Shown: in pieces, positions 11,311-21,462 of the stretch
Numbering within the stretch: position 1 is the first letter of the stretch
Layout: each line of letters starts with the position of its first letter
Source of the DNA: an uncultured delta proteobacterium
Lineage (GTDB): Bacteria; Myxococcota_A; Polyangia; Fen-1088
Length of the DNA stretch: 64,000 bases
Assembly: GCA_963796685.1 (NCBI GenBank)
Contig: CAWCMR010000025.1
Location: 1,984,001-2,048,000, forward strand
Direction: 5' to 3'
Notes under the pieces: model-generated
Database searches by the model: none
What the model was told of the DNA's origin: nothing
What the model saw: the letters and a program-made list of their open reading frames with translations, nothing else
Position numbers and translations under genes: made by a program

Positions 11311-12713
11311 ATGATGAAGGCGGGCAATTCGGAAAAGTGGCTGTCCTTTGTTCTTGTGTTGGGGTTGGCGCAGGCCTGCGGGGGCAGTCTCCACCCGAGC
11401 GGGGCCGGTGGAACGGACGCGAAAGGCGACTCAGCCGCAACGGCTGGCGGAGGCAGCAGTGGCACGGGCGGAGCTCAGGTGACCGGAGGTGCGTCGGGGA
11501 CCGGCAGCGCCATTCCTGGGACCGGGGGCATCTTGGGTAGCGGCGGGAGCAATCCAGGCACCGGGGGCGGCGCCTTTGGAGGCAGCGGTGGTGGGGACAG
11601 CGGAGGAGGGGCAGGCGGGACAGCCCTGGGCGGAAGCGCAGGCAGAGTCGGCAGCGGTGGCACCAGCAGCGGCGGTAGCGGTGGCACCGGCGGAGGTGCG
11701 GGCTCGATGGCAAGCGGCGGGAGAAGTGGAAGCTTGGCCGGCGCAGGTGGAAGCGCAGGAGCCGCAGGTGCAAGCACGGGAGAGGGAGGGCATCTGGGTG
11801 GAGCGTCCGGCAGTGGGGGCGCAAGCGGCGGCGCAGCGGGGTGAGTGGGAGCGCCGGCGACTCGTCCGGTACCGCGGGCACGGGCGGCACAGGCGCCGGC
11901 GGAGCCGTCACACTGATGACGGGATCTTGTACGGCTCCGTGTGGGCTCAAGTTCGGCACGACACCGCTGCCCGGCTCGTCCGCAACGTCGCAAGGCGCGC
12001 TCCTTTACTACAATTTCGACACCGGCGTCGCCACGCTCGAAGATGCTCCCGAGGGAACCGGCACGACTGGAAAGGCCATCCTGATGTTCGAGTTCGAATC
12101 CGCCAACGATTCTTCCCACGATCGCGGGTACAGCATTTATACCCAAGGGAACAATCTCTGGGACGAATTCACCGAGCCTTATCAATACGACACCACGGTG
12201 GGACCCTACAGTGTCGCGCAGTTCGTCCTCATGACAGACGAGCTCGTCGATGTAGCCTCGAACACGCTGCTGGTCGCCAAGTACTACCTGGCGGATCACG
12301 GCGTGGTCATTCAGTCCATCGCGGTGCCAAGCTGCACGACAGGGGCGGGTGCTTGTCAGTCGGCGACCAGTTGTCCCATCGTCGATAGCGGCGCAGCCGG
12401 TTCTCCGTCCGCGACGTGCGATGCGAGCTGCTCCGGTGCTGACGCATGCGCCGCCCAGTGCGTGGCCGATGCGACAGGCCTGCCGTTGGCATGCGCCGAT
12501 TGCTACGCCCGCTTCGTAGCTTGCTCGAGAACGAAGTGCCCGGGCCAGTATGAGTGCCCGACGCCCAGACTGGCCGGTAACGGTTGCCTGAGATGTGAGG
12601 TCGACCAGGGGTGTCACCACGACTTCATGGCCTGCAGCGGTCTTGACTATATGCCGCTCGGAACCTTCGTGTTGCCGCTGCCTAGCCCCAATGCCAGTCG
12701 GTTAAGCATTTGA
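11311..12713 (+). CDS. Gly/Ser-rich lipoprotein with Cys-rich C-terminus, split by a probable 1-nt frameshift near 11840
   Basis: Lipobox LAQAC; the Gly-rich linker runs across ORFs 11311-11844 and 11841-12713; one more G in the run at ~11838-11841 fuses them; last 7 codons come from IS4. Confidence 0.7.
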
Positions 12714-12936
12714 TGGCCGTTTTCTCGGGAAATTGCTCATTTTGATCTTCACGGCCCGTGGATATCTGCGGGCCGTGCGCCGCTCTGGGAGAACAAGGCT
12801 GGTGAAGAGCTCTCGCATGGTCTTGAGGCGAGTAGGCAAAGCGCCGGGCGAGGCGAGCGCACACCATGACCAGGTGTCACAGATGATCCGAAGTGACGTG
12901 ACGAAGCTGATGCGCGTGGGCTCGACGCCGAAATCG

Positions 12937-14347
12937 GGCTCTCCTGACATCTTCGTAAGGGGAGATCTCGTAGGTGCGACGCACGTCGTCGACGGAGATG
13001 TGGGCGGCATGAGTTTCGGGTGAGGTGGAGACGAAGTGCGCACGGGCACCTGGGGTATCGTGTGGCTTGTCTAGAACCCACAAGCCCAGGAGCCCATGCG
13101 CGCAACCACCCTATTCCGAAACCTACTCCAATTTCCACATACCCGTGTCCTGGCGGTCGAATTCGATCTGCTTGGCATATTGGTGCACGTGGCGCCAACG
13201 ACGACCGTTCCCTACTGCTCAGGCTGCGGATGTCGGGTCCATGACGTGTTCGATGCTCGGGCTCGGAACTGGCGGCATCTGGACGCGTGCGGGATGGAGG
13301 TTCTTCTGCGCTACACCCTGCGCAGGGTTGACTGTCCTCGGTGCGGCGTGGTCATCGAGATGGTCCCTTGGGCCGAGCCGAAGGTCGGCTTCACGCGTGA
13401 CTTCGAGGACCATGTGGCCTATCTGGCCCAACAAGCAAGCCAGACGATGGTGGCCGAAACCATGCGCATCGCGTGGCGCACCGTCGGCGCCATCATCCAG
13501 CGGGTGGTGCCGCGGCACCGAGATCCTAGCCTTCTCCTCGAGGACCTCGAACACATCGGCGTCGACGAGTTGTCGTACCGGCGGCACCATGAGTACGTCA
13601 CCGTCGTTGTCGACCACGTCTCGCAGCGGGTCGTCTGGGCACACGAGGGCAAGAACGCTGCGACGCTCGGCTGCTTCTTCGACGCTCTCGGCCCGGAACG
13701 AACTAGCAAGCTCAAGACCGTCACCATCGACATGTCCGCGGCCTACATCGACGCGGTCACCTCGCGAGCGCCACAAGCGCAGATCGTCTTCGACCGCTTC
13801 CACGTTCAGAGACTCGTGCAGGAAGCACTCGACGAGCTCCGGCGTGCGGAGGTCCGACTCCTGGAGGACACCGACGAACGCGGGCAACTGAAGAAGACCA
13901 AGTACCTTCTGCTCAAGAATCCGTGGAACCTATCCAGGGCCGAGTCTGAGAGGCTGTCGACCCTCCCGAAGACCAATGCCCGACTCTATCGCGGCTACCT
14001 GCTCAAGATCGCCATCTGCGACATCCTCGGTCGTCGCCAGGTCAACGTCGTCAAACAGAAGCTCGAAGAATGGATCAGTTGGGCCAGGCGATCCAGACTA
14101 CCTTCCTTCAAGAAGGTCGCCGCGACCATCAAGAAATACCTGGACGGCATCGTGGCCATTGTCGCCACAGGGCTCAATAACGGAAGAACCGAGGGCCTTA
14201 ATGGCAAGATCAGGGTCATCACCCGCAGGGCCTATGGCTTCCACAACGCTCAAGCCCTCATTGGCTTCATCTTCCTCTGCTGCTCAGGCGTTGTCCTTCA
14301 TCCCGTCTTCAAGGTGCCCGCGCTTCCATGAAGATGTCAGGAGAGCC
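12937..14347 (+). mobile_element. ISL3-family insertion sequence (1411 bp)
   Basis: Perfect 18-bp IR GGCTCTCCTGACATCTTC; 8-bp TSD CGAAATCG at 12929-12936 and 14348-14355. Confidence 0.95.
13096..14331 (+). CDS. ISL3 transposase
   Basis: CSGC/CPRC zinc finger, IGVDE, TIDMS, FDRFHV, NGRTEGLNGKI. Confidence 0.95.
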   Translation: MRATTLFRNLLQFPHTRVLAVEFDLLGILVHVAPTTTVPYCSGCGCRVHDVFDARARNWRHLDACGMEVLLRYTLRRVDCPRCGVVIEMVPWAEPKVGFTRDFEDHVAYLAQQASQTMVAETMRIAWRTVGAIIQRVVPRHRDPSLLLEDLEHIGVDELSYRRHHEYVTVVVDHVSQRVVWAHEGKNAATLGCFFDALGPERTSKLKTVTIDMSAAYIDAVTSRAPQAQIVFDRFHVQRLVQEALDELRRAEVRLLEDTDERGQLKKTKYLLLKNPWNLSRAESERLSTLPKTNARLYRGYLLKIAICDILGRRQVNVVKQKLEEWISWARRSRLPSFKKVAATIKKYLDGIVAIVATGLNNGRTEGLNGKIRVITRRAYGFHNAQALIGFIFLCCSGVVLHPVFKVPALP

Positions 14348-15643
14348 CGAAATCGTCGGCAGTCCTTTCCATTTCGAGGCGAATCAAGTTGTATGCGAGA
14401 AGAATGCCCCACAATTCCTGCTCGACGCCAGCGACGCTGCGGCAGCGGATGCTTTCGAGACGGTCGAGCATATCGGTCTTGATTTCGCCATAGCCCAGTT
14501 CCAGCTCCCAGCGCTCGTGATAAAGGCGGGCGACCTCGGCAGCAGGAAAGGCGTCGGGGTCGAGCATCGAGGTGAGCACGATCTGCGGACGGAATCCCTT
14601 CACCTGGTAGGTGATCGCACGCGCCAGATAGGTCGCTGGCAAGCTTGGGTCCTGCTTTCGCGCCTCGCGCGAAACCGTCAACTCGACCAAGTCGTCGTTC
14701 TTCCCGAGGTGCTCCACGACGCGCCATTTTGTGGTCGACTTGGCGCGGGTCAGCCAATGGCGATTCTTTCCGTCGCGAGCCAGCGGCACCAGGATTCCGG
14801 CTGCCAGGAAGCCGCGGTCGACCATCACCAGCGCATTGTCCGGCACGGCTCGCCACAGAAACGCGCTCAGCGTGATTTCACTGTCTTCGTAGGGGCCGAA
14901 TTCGGCGGCCACCAGGATGTGCGAACGCAACGCCATCAACGCGGCGATTCGAACCAGCGGATAGCCACTGTCGCCTCGGTCGCCTCGGGTTCCACCGAAA
15001 TGAGCGCGATTTTCCGGAGAGTCTGCCACGCGAAGCGTGGACCCATCCACACCGTAGAGCGCCAGGCCTCTCCATGCGTGCTTGCGCGCGCTCTCGTGGC
15101 CCCACTTCTGAGCGCTCATCTCGAAGATCCGTTCCAGCGGCTCGGCACCAACGCGCGCCCGAGCCTCAGCGACCGTGCTGGGAACAACCGTTGCTCGTGG
15201 TCCAGGCAGAACCAAATTCAGCTTCCCAACCAAGTCCGCAATAGGCCACTTCCGAAACATGGCCATTCCAATCACCAGCCACACCACCTGGTCGGCCGGA
15301 AGCCGTCGCTTTCGCACCGTGGCTGTTCCAGTCGCCGCCAGAGCCTCGGCCACCCACGCAGGGTCAATGTGCTGCCTGATGCTCTCGAACTGCTCGGGCG
15401 CCGTGAATACGCTTACCGTCTTGAGGGAACTATCCAGATGCATGACCTTCTCCATCGAAGATCGATGCATGGTGACTTCGCTTCTTGCCTAAAGGCAAGA
15501 AGCGAAGTTATCCACAGGAATTCCTGATCAATTTCGATCACTTACGCGCTAACCGATCGGCATTGTGCCTAGCCCCTGAGCGCCGTCAGCGTGCCGGGCA
15601 CAGCGCTGCGATCAGGTCCCGGACACTCCGCAGAACCACGTGG

Positions 15644-16894
15644 TCAGTTGAACGTCGTGTTGGTGATGGATATGTTGGCTGTGGCAGTCTGCAAGAAGAC
15701 GCCGATCTCGGCACGCCCCGGCGAGGGCGTGTAGGCGTAGCGTGAATTGTTCACCGCGAACAAGGAACGGTCGATCCAGACATTGCCAAGCAGATCGTCG
15801 GTAGAAAAGTAGACCGCCCCCGCGCTGTCGACTGCTTCGTTGTTCGAAATCGTCGAGCCACAGATTGTCAGATTGATGCCGTTTCCATGACTGTAGATGG
15901 CGCCGCCGCAGCCGCCCCCAGGTGTGTTCGGAGCCGGTGGGATTCCGCCAAAGCTGTTTGCGCCATTGTAGGTCAACTGGGTGTTGAGAATAGTGAAGGA
16001 TGTCGAGCTTCCGCCGAGGCCGCCACCATTGGCCGCAAGGTTGCCGCAGTTACCGCTTCCGCCGAAAAGGCTATTGACGATGTAGACCTGCCCATACGCG
16101 TGTTCTGCATAAATGGCCCCCCCGGACTGGGTCCCGGACTCATTGCTTATGTTGTTGCAGAAGGAGCTAAAGAATATCTTGAGGCCGCCGCCGCGCAAGT
16201 AGACTGCCCCGCCGCCGAGGCTGTCGGAGGCCGCCGTGGCATTGGCAAGCGCCAGGTTCTGAATGACCAACGACGGATTGGGCGAGCTCGTGCAATCGCC
16301 AGCAACCTGTCCCAGGCTCTGGTCGCAGGCATCCTGATATAGGAGCCTAGTCGTGTCGCCACCACTCAGCACCACCTTGCTTCCTCCGTCGATGACCCGG
16401 TGGCCAAGACCGTCAGGCCCCGCGTTGTTGAGGAGCTTGATTTGATGGTCGAGCGTGATAGTGGCTTGATCGTGCCCGCAGTTGAAGGTGACGACTCCGC
16501 CTTTTTGCACGGCAGTCTCGAATGCCGCCGCCGTGCAGCCCGCAGGCGTGCCATCGCCGACCACGGTCGCGCCGGCCGTCGACTCGGGTTGAGCGTCGGC
16601 TGGGACATCGCAGGTCCCCACCGCCACCGTGCTGGCTGTCGAGCCCCCCGTGGAGGGTGCACCACCCTGGCTGGAGATCCCGCCACTCCCTGCCGTTCCT
16701 CCTGTGAGACCTCCCGTTCCGGTGGCGCTGCCGCCGGAGCCACCCAGGACCGCTCCTCCGGTCCCGCTATGGCCCCCTTCGCCCGAGCTCTGCGAGCTCG
16801 AGCTGTGGCAGGCACTTAGCAGGACAGTGGCGAGACAGACATACGGGATGGCGGCGATGATTGCGCGATGCATGATTTTCCTCAGCACAGCCAT
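15644..16894 (-). CDS. Lipoprotein with Gly-rich linker and right-handed beta-helix (pectin-lyase-like) domain
   Basis: Lipobox LLSAC; repeated GGAVY/GGAIY and FxxN motifs. Confidence 0.7.
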   Translation of the reverse strand: MAVLRKIMHRAIIAAIPYVCLATVLLSACHSSSSQSSGEGGHSGTGGAVLGGSGGSATGTGGLTGGTAGSGGISSQGGAPSTGGSTASTVAVGTCDVPADAQPESTAGATVVGDGTPAGCTAAAFETAVQKGGVVTFNCGHDQATITLDHQIKLLNNAGPDGLGHRVIDGGSKVVLSGGDTTRLLYQDACDQSLGQVAGDCTSSPNPSLVIQNLALANATAASDSLGGGAVYLRGGGLKIFFSSFCNNISNESGTQSGGAIYAEHAYGQVYIVNSLFGGSGNCGNLAANGGGLGGSSTSFTILNTQLTYNGANSFGGIPPAPNTPGGGCGGAIYSHGNGINLTICGSTISNNEAVDSAGAVYFSTDDLLGNVWIDRSLFAVNNSRYAYTPSPGRAEIGVFLQTATANISITNTTFN

Positions 16895-16992
16895 ACTACC
16901 GCAGCTTCGCGATCCTCAGCCGGAGAATCGCCCGCTGACGCCGCCCACGAACCAACTCCGAGATGCCGCCCGCTTGCCAGCCTGCCGCTCGC

Positions 16993-18276
16993 TCACTCGA
17001 CTGGCTTTACCATGCGTCCCATGAAGATGATCGCGCCGCTCTTCACGTCGCGGATCAGGTACAAGAACGGATGGTTCGCATGGAAGATGACCGGTGGCGG
17101 TGGCGGCGGCCCCAAGGCTTGAGACTGGTTCACGAGATCCATCTCGAAAGCAGTTACCGCCGCAGCCGCCGTCCCCTTCTCGTTGGTTTCGAGCCAAGCC
17201 TTCTGGATTGCATCCCCGATGAACAGCCTAGTCTCGGTCACGCCCGAAAAGTCCGCGTGATTGGGATCGAAAGCCTGACGGATCCCCATCGTTTTCAGCA
17301 TGCCTACCAACGGCAACTCTGTCTCCACAGTGAAGCGGGGCAACTCCAGATCCACCTTCTTGTATTCCAGAGCTCCGATCCACCCGGCGTGCGAAGTGCC
17401 CAGCTGGTCCTCGATCCTCTCCAGGCCGTCAACGTCGCTCGGCAGAACCACAATCATCGACAGACCACCCTTGTAGGGCAGCTCGACCAGCTTTGCCCCA
17501 CCCACTTGCGCATACCGGAACATCGAGATCTGTCTCATCATCTTGACCGAGGTCTCTTCCTCCACGGTGGTGAACTTGCCGTCATAGGTCGCGCGTTCGT
17601 CGAACGGCTGCTGCCACCCACCCATCATGTAGACGGCATTGGCCAGGACCATGCGAGCCGCCGGGTTAAGCTTGCCGAGGATTTGCGGAATGCGGCCATG
17701 GGTCTCGTCGGAGGACCATTGGTTAATGGCGGACAGCGCGGCTTCGCGGTTAGTTGCGAAGTCCACCTTAGCCAGCGGCGCGTGAAAACCGTCGCGAAGC
17801 CGTGAAACATACTCCGGCCGCAGCTTGAGGTCTTTCTGCACCCACACGCGATCGGCCACGTTCAGCACCAGACCGTCATTACCGTTGCGCGATGTTAGTG
17901 CGTTGAGAATGGCGGCAAACGATCTATAGGTCTCGTCGAGGTTCGCGGGATCGATGTGCAGCGTGTGCAGCATCTCGTTCTGGGTTTCACCTTCCGCGCC
18001 CGCAGCGACCATGGTCAGCGCGATGGCTGCCCCGGCGGGCGAGCACACAAAGTTGTCCTGGTCTCTTCGAGCCTGGCGGTAGAAGTCGAATCCGAAGGCA
18101 TTGCAGGCCTTCACCGCCCCGTCTACTGTCGAGGCTTTGAAGCTGGAGGCGCAGCCTCCGGCTAACAAGGCCAACGAAGTCGCGGCAATGGCGGCGGAAA
18201 CGCGCATACTCATGACTCCAACACTAGCGAGTCCCATGGAGAACACAAGCGGTGCTGCTTGCTCAAACTGACTCAC
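16993..18276 (-). CDS. Serpin (serine protease inhibitor), lipoprotein
   Basis: NFVCSP, INQWSSDETHGRI, LANAVY, ELPY, LPRF, hinge NEKGTAAAAVT, FHANHPFLYLIRD; lipobox LAGGC; true start may be downstream. Confidence 0.95.
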   Translation of the reverse strand: MSQFEQAAPLVFSMGLASVGVMSMRVSAAIAATSLALLAGGCASSFKASTVDGAVKACNAFGFDFYRQARRDQDNFVCSPAGAAIALTMVAAGAEGETQNEMLHTLHIDPANLDETYRSFAAILNALTSRNGNDGLVLNVADRVWVQKDLKLRPEYVSRLRDGFHAPLAKVDFATNREAALSAINQWSSDETHGRIPQILGKLNPAARMVLANAVYMMGGWQQPFDERATYDGKFTTVEEETSVKMMRQISMFRYAQVGGAKLVELPYKGGLSMIVVLPSDVDGLERIEDQLGTSHAGWIGALEYKKVDLELPRFTVETELPLVGMLKTMGIRQAFDPNHADFSGVTETRLFIGDAIQKAWLETNEKGTAAAAVTAFEMDLVNQSQALGPPPPPPVIFHANHPFLYLIRDVKSGAIIFMGRMVKPVE

Positions 18277-18370
18277 TACCGTCTGGTCGATCAGTCGCAG
18301 ATTTTGCTACAAGCGATTGTCCAGCGATATCAAGGTGTTGCACTGCGGTGGCTCTAATGAGCAAGATATC

Positions 18371-18402
18371 TCTTGACAAGGCGTGATGTGTCAAGATAAA
18401 AA
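18371..18402. promoter_or_regulatory. Palindrome TCTTGACA-N10-TGTCAAGA in the serpin/protease divergent region
   Basis: Perfect 8-bp inverted repeat giving TTGACA on both strands; TAAAAA 18 bp after the plus-strand TTGACA. Confidence 0.55.
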
Positions 18403-20184
18403 GGCACTGTGTCAGAAGGGTGGTAATTCAGATGCATAATGGATCTAAGTCCCGGTGGTTAGTCGCGTTCATTGGTAGCGTCGTCGCCCTGTACTTTGGT
18501 TGCATCTCTGATCCTTTGCCCAAACGCTCCATCTCGACGCCAGATGGTGCCACAGAGGCCGCGCCGCTTATGCCCGAACTCAAGGACCAACCGGGCACAA
18601 GGGTGCTCAAGTGCACGGACGCCTACGGCTCCTCATCGCGCTATGCAGTCGATGATATGACCCGCAAGTTGGTGCGGTTCCCGAGCCTTGCAGCGTCCAT
18701 CGGCCTTACCTCTGTCAGTAACTGTGACGAGGCGATATCCTATGCCGGCGGCTACGATGAGTATTCGGGGCGCAACCCTGGCTTTGAGGAGCGCCCTGAT
18801 CCTAAATGGTCGGGCAATCCACCAACGGTGGACGATCGCGCGATCTTACCGAGGATCAAAGTGAAGGGCGGCGGGAAGACCGACACCTGGGCATTCCCTA
18901 CCAAGGATCATCCCGGCACCAGTCCGGGCCCTGTTGTTAAGATCGAGTCCGTATCTTGGTGGCCAAATGGGCAAGAGCAGATATTCCACAAGACTGCGGC
19001 AGATGGCATTGAATATAACGCCAACCAGTTCTGCGAGATATCCAGCAGCTGTACGGCCTTCTTTATCAACAGAAGTTGGCTATTGACGGCGGCCCACTGT
19101 ATGCAGAACGTGAACAAGTTCCCGGTGACTTACAATCCAGTCATGGTAGACGGACTCCTCACGTGCCAGTATCCTAGCGAGCCTAATCCTGCTTCCACTG
19201 ACCCCAAATACCCCCAAACTGGTGACCACAACGATTACCTTCCGGGCAAGGACATGCATGCGTCACATACGGGAGTTGCCCGCTACGTAATCTCTTGGCC
19301 AGCGAACGGTGATTACCCAAACGACGCTAATCAAGGTGTCTACTCGGTGCGATCAAATGCAGAGGAAATCTACTATGGAGTAGGCCTGTATCAGTTCCCG
19401 CATGAACAGTATGACCCGACGCAGGGTCAGCCCGACCTCAAGCAACCGGAAAACGTGGGCTCGCCAATCAGGCGCGGTCCCGATGTCGCGCTTCTCTCCA
19501 TGGCCAACTGGACCTCAGCGGCCGAATACATGGCACCTGACCTCGACAACGAAGCAGCAATGTACATAAAGGGAAAGCCGACATCGGCGACCGGGAACCC
19601 TGGCGCCGGCCTAACCTTCTGGGTCGCTGGTTATGGGTATAATCCGGCGCAGAACGATGGCGCGCTGTATGACGGAGTTCTGACGGGCAATGTGACATTC
19701 ACGGCTGATTGGCAGGACCAGGACACAAACAACAGGTTCGGCGGCTTCGGTAGCGTTTCGATGAACGTGACCTCTTTGGCCGAAGTCATCGTTTGCTCGG
19801 GAGACTCAGGCTCCCCGCTTTACACGGTGTTCACACCTGTCGATGGCGGACCCAGAAAGTTTATCGCATACGCCGTCCATTCCGGGGCATATCAAGCTCC
19901 ACCGGATGACGGTCGGGCGTGTTCGAAGCCGCCGGGTGACATTCTCTACTGGTCGCGAATAGAGGCTGATGACAGGTTGAGACAGTGGATGAATGTCAAG
20001 ATGGCTAATGGCCCCATAGCAACGACGGAAGATGAACAGGGTAAGTACAACCAGTGCCAACCCATGACCGACGCGGTCAACGGCTTGTACTACAAGTGCT
20101 GGGGAGATCCGTGTGACGGCCTAGATAAAGATGGCTCCTCGCTGTCTAAAATGGACGCGAGGTTGGTTGTTCCGCTAATCTTCC

Positions 20185-21462
20185 GTGGTGCAAAATCCAA
20201 GTTCTGGTCTTGACGTCAATGCGCTTTTTACAGTGGCTCTCGGCATGGTCAATCCATGGGAGGTCGTAGAGCTGAACCTTGACGCCGAGAAGAAGCGCCT
20301 CGACATCAAAGTCGACTTCAAGCCGGGGAGCACCTTCCCTTGCCCTACGTGTGGCGATGCTTGCAAGGTACACGATGCCTCGCCGCAGACATGGCGACAC
20401 CTGAACTTCTTCCAGTACCTCACCTATGTCGAGGCAAGACAACCTCGAACCAAGTGTGACAAGCACGGCGTCTTGACGGTCGATGTGCCATGGGCTCGTG
20501 GCGGGTCGAACTTCACCCTTCTCTTCGAGGCGATGGTGGTGGAACTGGCACGCAACGGCCTCACGGTGGCGGCGGTCGGTCGCATCGTCGGCGAGCATGA
20601 CACGCTCCTGTGGCGCATCCTGGAACACTACGTGGACGAGGCCCGTGAGCGAGCCGACTACAGCCAGGTCGCCGAGGTTGGCGTCGACGAGACTTCGCGG
20701 CAGAAGAACCACGTCTATGTCACGGTCTTTGCCGACATGGTTGCGGCGAAAGTCTTGTTCGTCACGGAGGGGAAAGATCACGGCACGGTGGCTTGTTTCA
20801 AGGACGATCTGCTCGCTCACGGTGGAGACGTGAAGAAGGTGACGGACTTCAGTCTCGACATGTCGCAGGCATTCATCAAGGGCATCTTGGAGACGTTTCC
20901 GGCGGCGCACCTAACCTTCGACAGGTTCCATGTCATCCAACTCATGAACGACGCAATCGATGAGGTGCGAAGGCAGGAGCAGAAGTCCTCTCCGGAGTTG
21001 AAGGGCACGCGCCACGACTGGCTGAGGAACGAGGCCAACATCAAATCCGAGAACAGGGAGCACTTCGCGGTCTTGCGCTCCTCCAAATTGGCCACTGCGC
21101 GGGCCTACCACATCAAGCTCATGCTACAGGAGTTGTATAGCCTGAGTGCGGATGAAGCGGAGGCGTGGTTTCAGCGCTGGTATTTCTGGGCCACCCATAG
21201 CCGATTGGAACCCGTCATCAGGGCCGCCAAGACCCTCAAGGCGCACCAGGCAGGCGTGATGAGATGGTTCATGTCAGGCCTGACGAATGGTCTCTTGGAA
21301 GGACTCAACAGCCTCATCCAGGCGGCCAAGGCGCGGGCGCGTGGCTTTCGCTCCGCGCGCAAAATGAAGACTGTGATTTATGGCTCCTCGCTGTCTAAAA
21401 TGGACGCGAGGTTGGTTGTTCCGCTAATCTTCCGTGGTGCAAAATCCAAGTTCTGGTCTTGA
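20185..21462 (+). CDS. ISL3 transposase of the outer copy, C-terminus replaced by the nested insertion
   Basis: Identical to 21434-22696 up to MKTVIY, then reads into the inner IRL. Confidence 0.85.
   Translation: MVQNPSSGLDVNALFTVALGMVNPWEVVELNLDAEKKRLDIKVDFKPGSTFPCPTCGDACKVHDASPQTWRHLNFFQYLTYVEARQPRTKCDKHGVLTVDVPWARGGSNFTLLFEAMVVELARNGLTVAAVGRIVGEHDTLLWRILEHYVDEARERADYSQVAEVGVDETSRQKNHVYVTVFADMVAAKVLFVTEGKDHGTVACFKDDLLAHGGDVKKVTDFSLDMSQAFIKGILETFPAAHLTFDRFHVIQLMNDAIDEVRRQEQKSSPELKGTRHDWLRNEANIKSENREHFAVLRSSKLATARAYHIKLMLQELYSLSADEAEAWFQRWYFWATHSRLEPVIRAAKTLKAHQAGVMRWFMSGLTNGLLEGLNSLIQAAKARARGFRSARKMKTVIYGSSLSKMDARLVVPLIFRGAKSKFWS

Larger units (their letters stand above)
12702..15470 (-). 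pseudogene. IS4 transposase interrupted by ISL3 (449 aa when rejoined)
   Basis: RKRRLPADQVVWLVI, GVDGSTL, DRGF, YHERWELELGYGEIK; rejoins in frame as ADDF-GVEPTRISF...YPRAVKIK. Confidence 0.9.
12689..15565 (-). mobile_element. IS4-family insertion sequence (1458 bp once the nested ISL3 and one TSD copy are removed)
   Basis: IRs CAATGCCAGTCGGTTAAGC / CAATGCCGATCGGTTAGC; 10-bp TSD TGCCTAGCCC at 12679-12688 and 15566-15575. Confidence 0.92.

Noticed and set aside
11311-12713. Phase variation at the G-run splitting the Gly-rich lipoprotein
   Set aside because: The run is only about 4 G and other 1-nt indels in the window point to sequencing error
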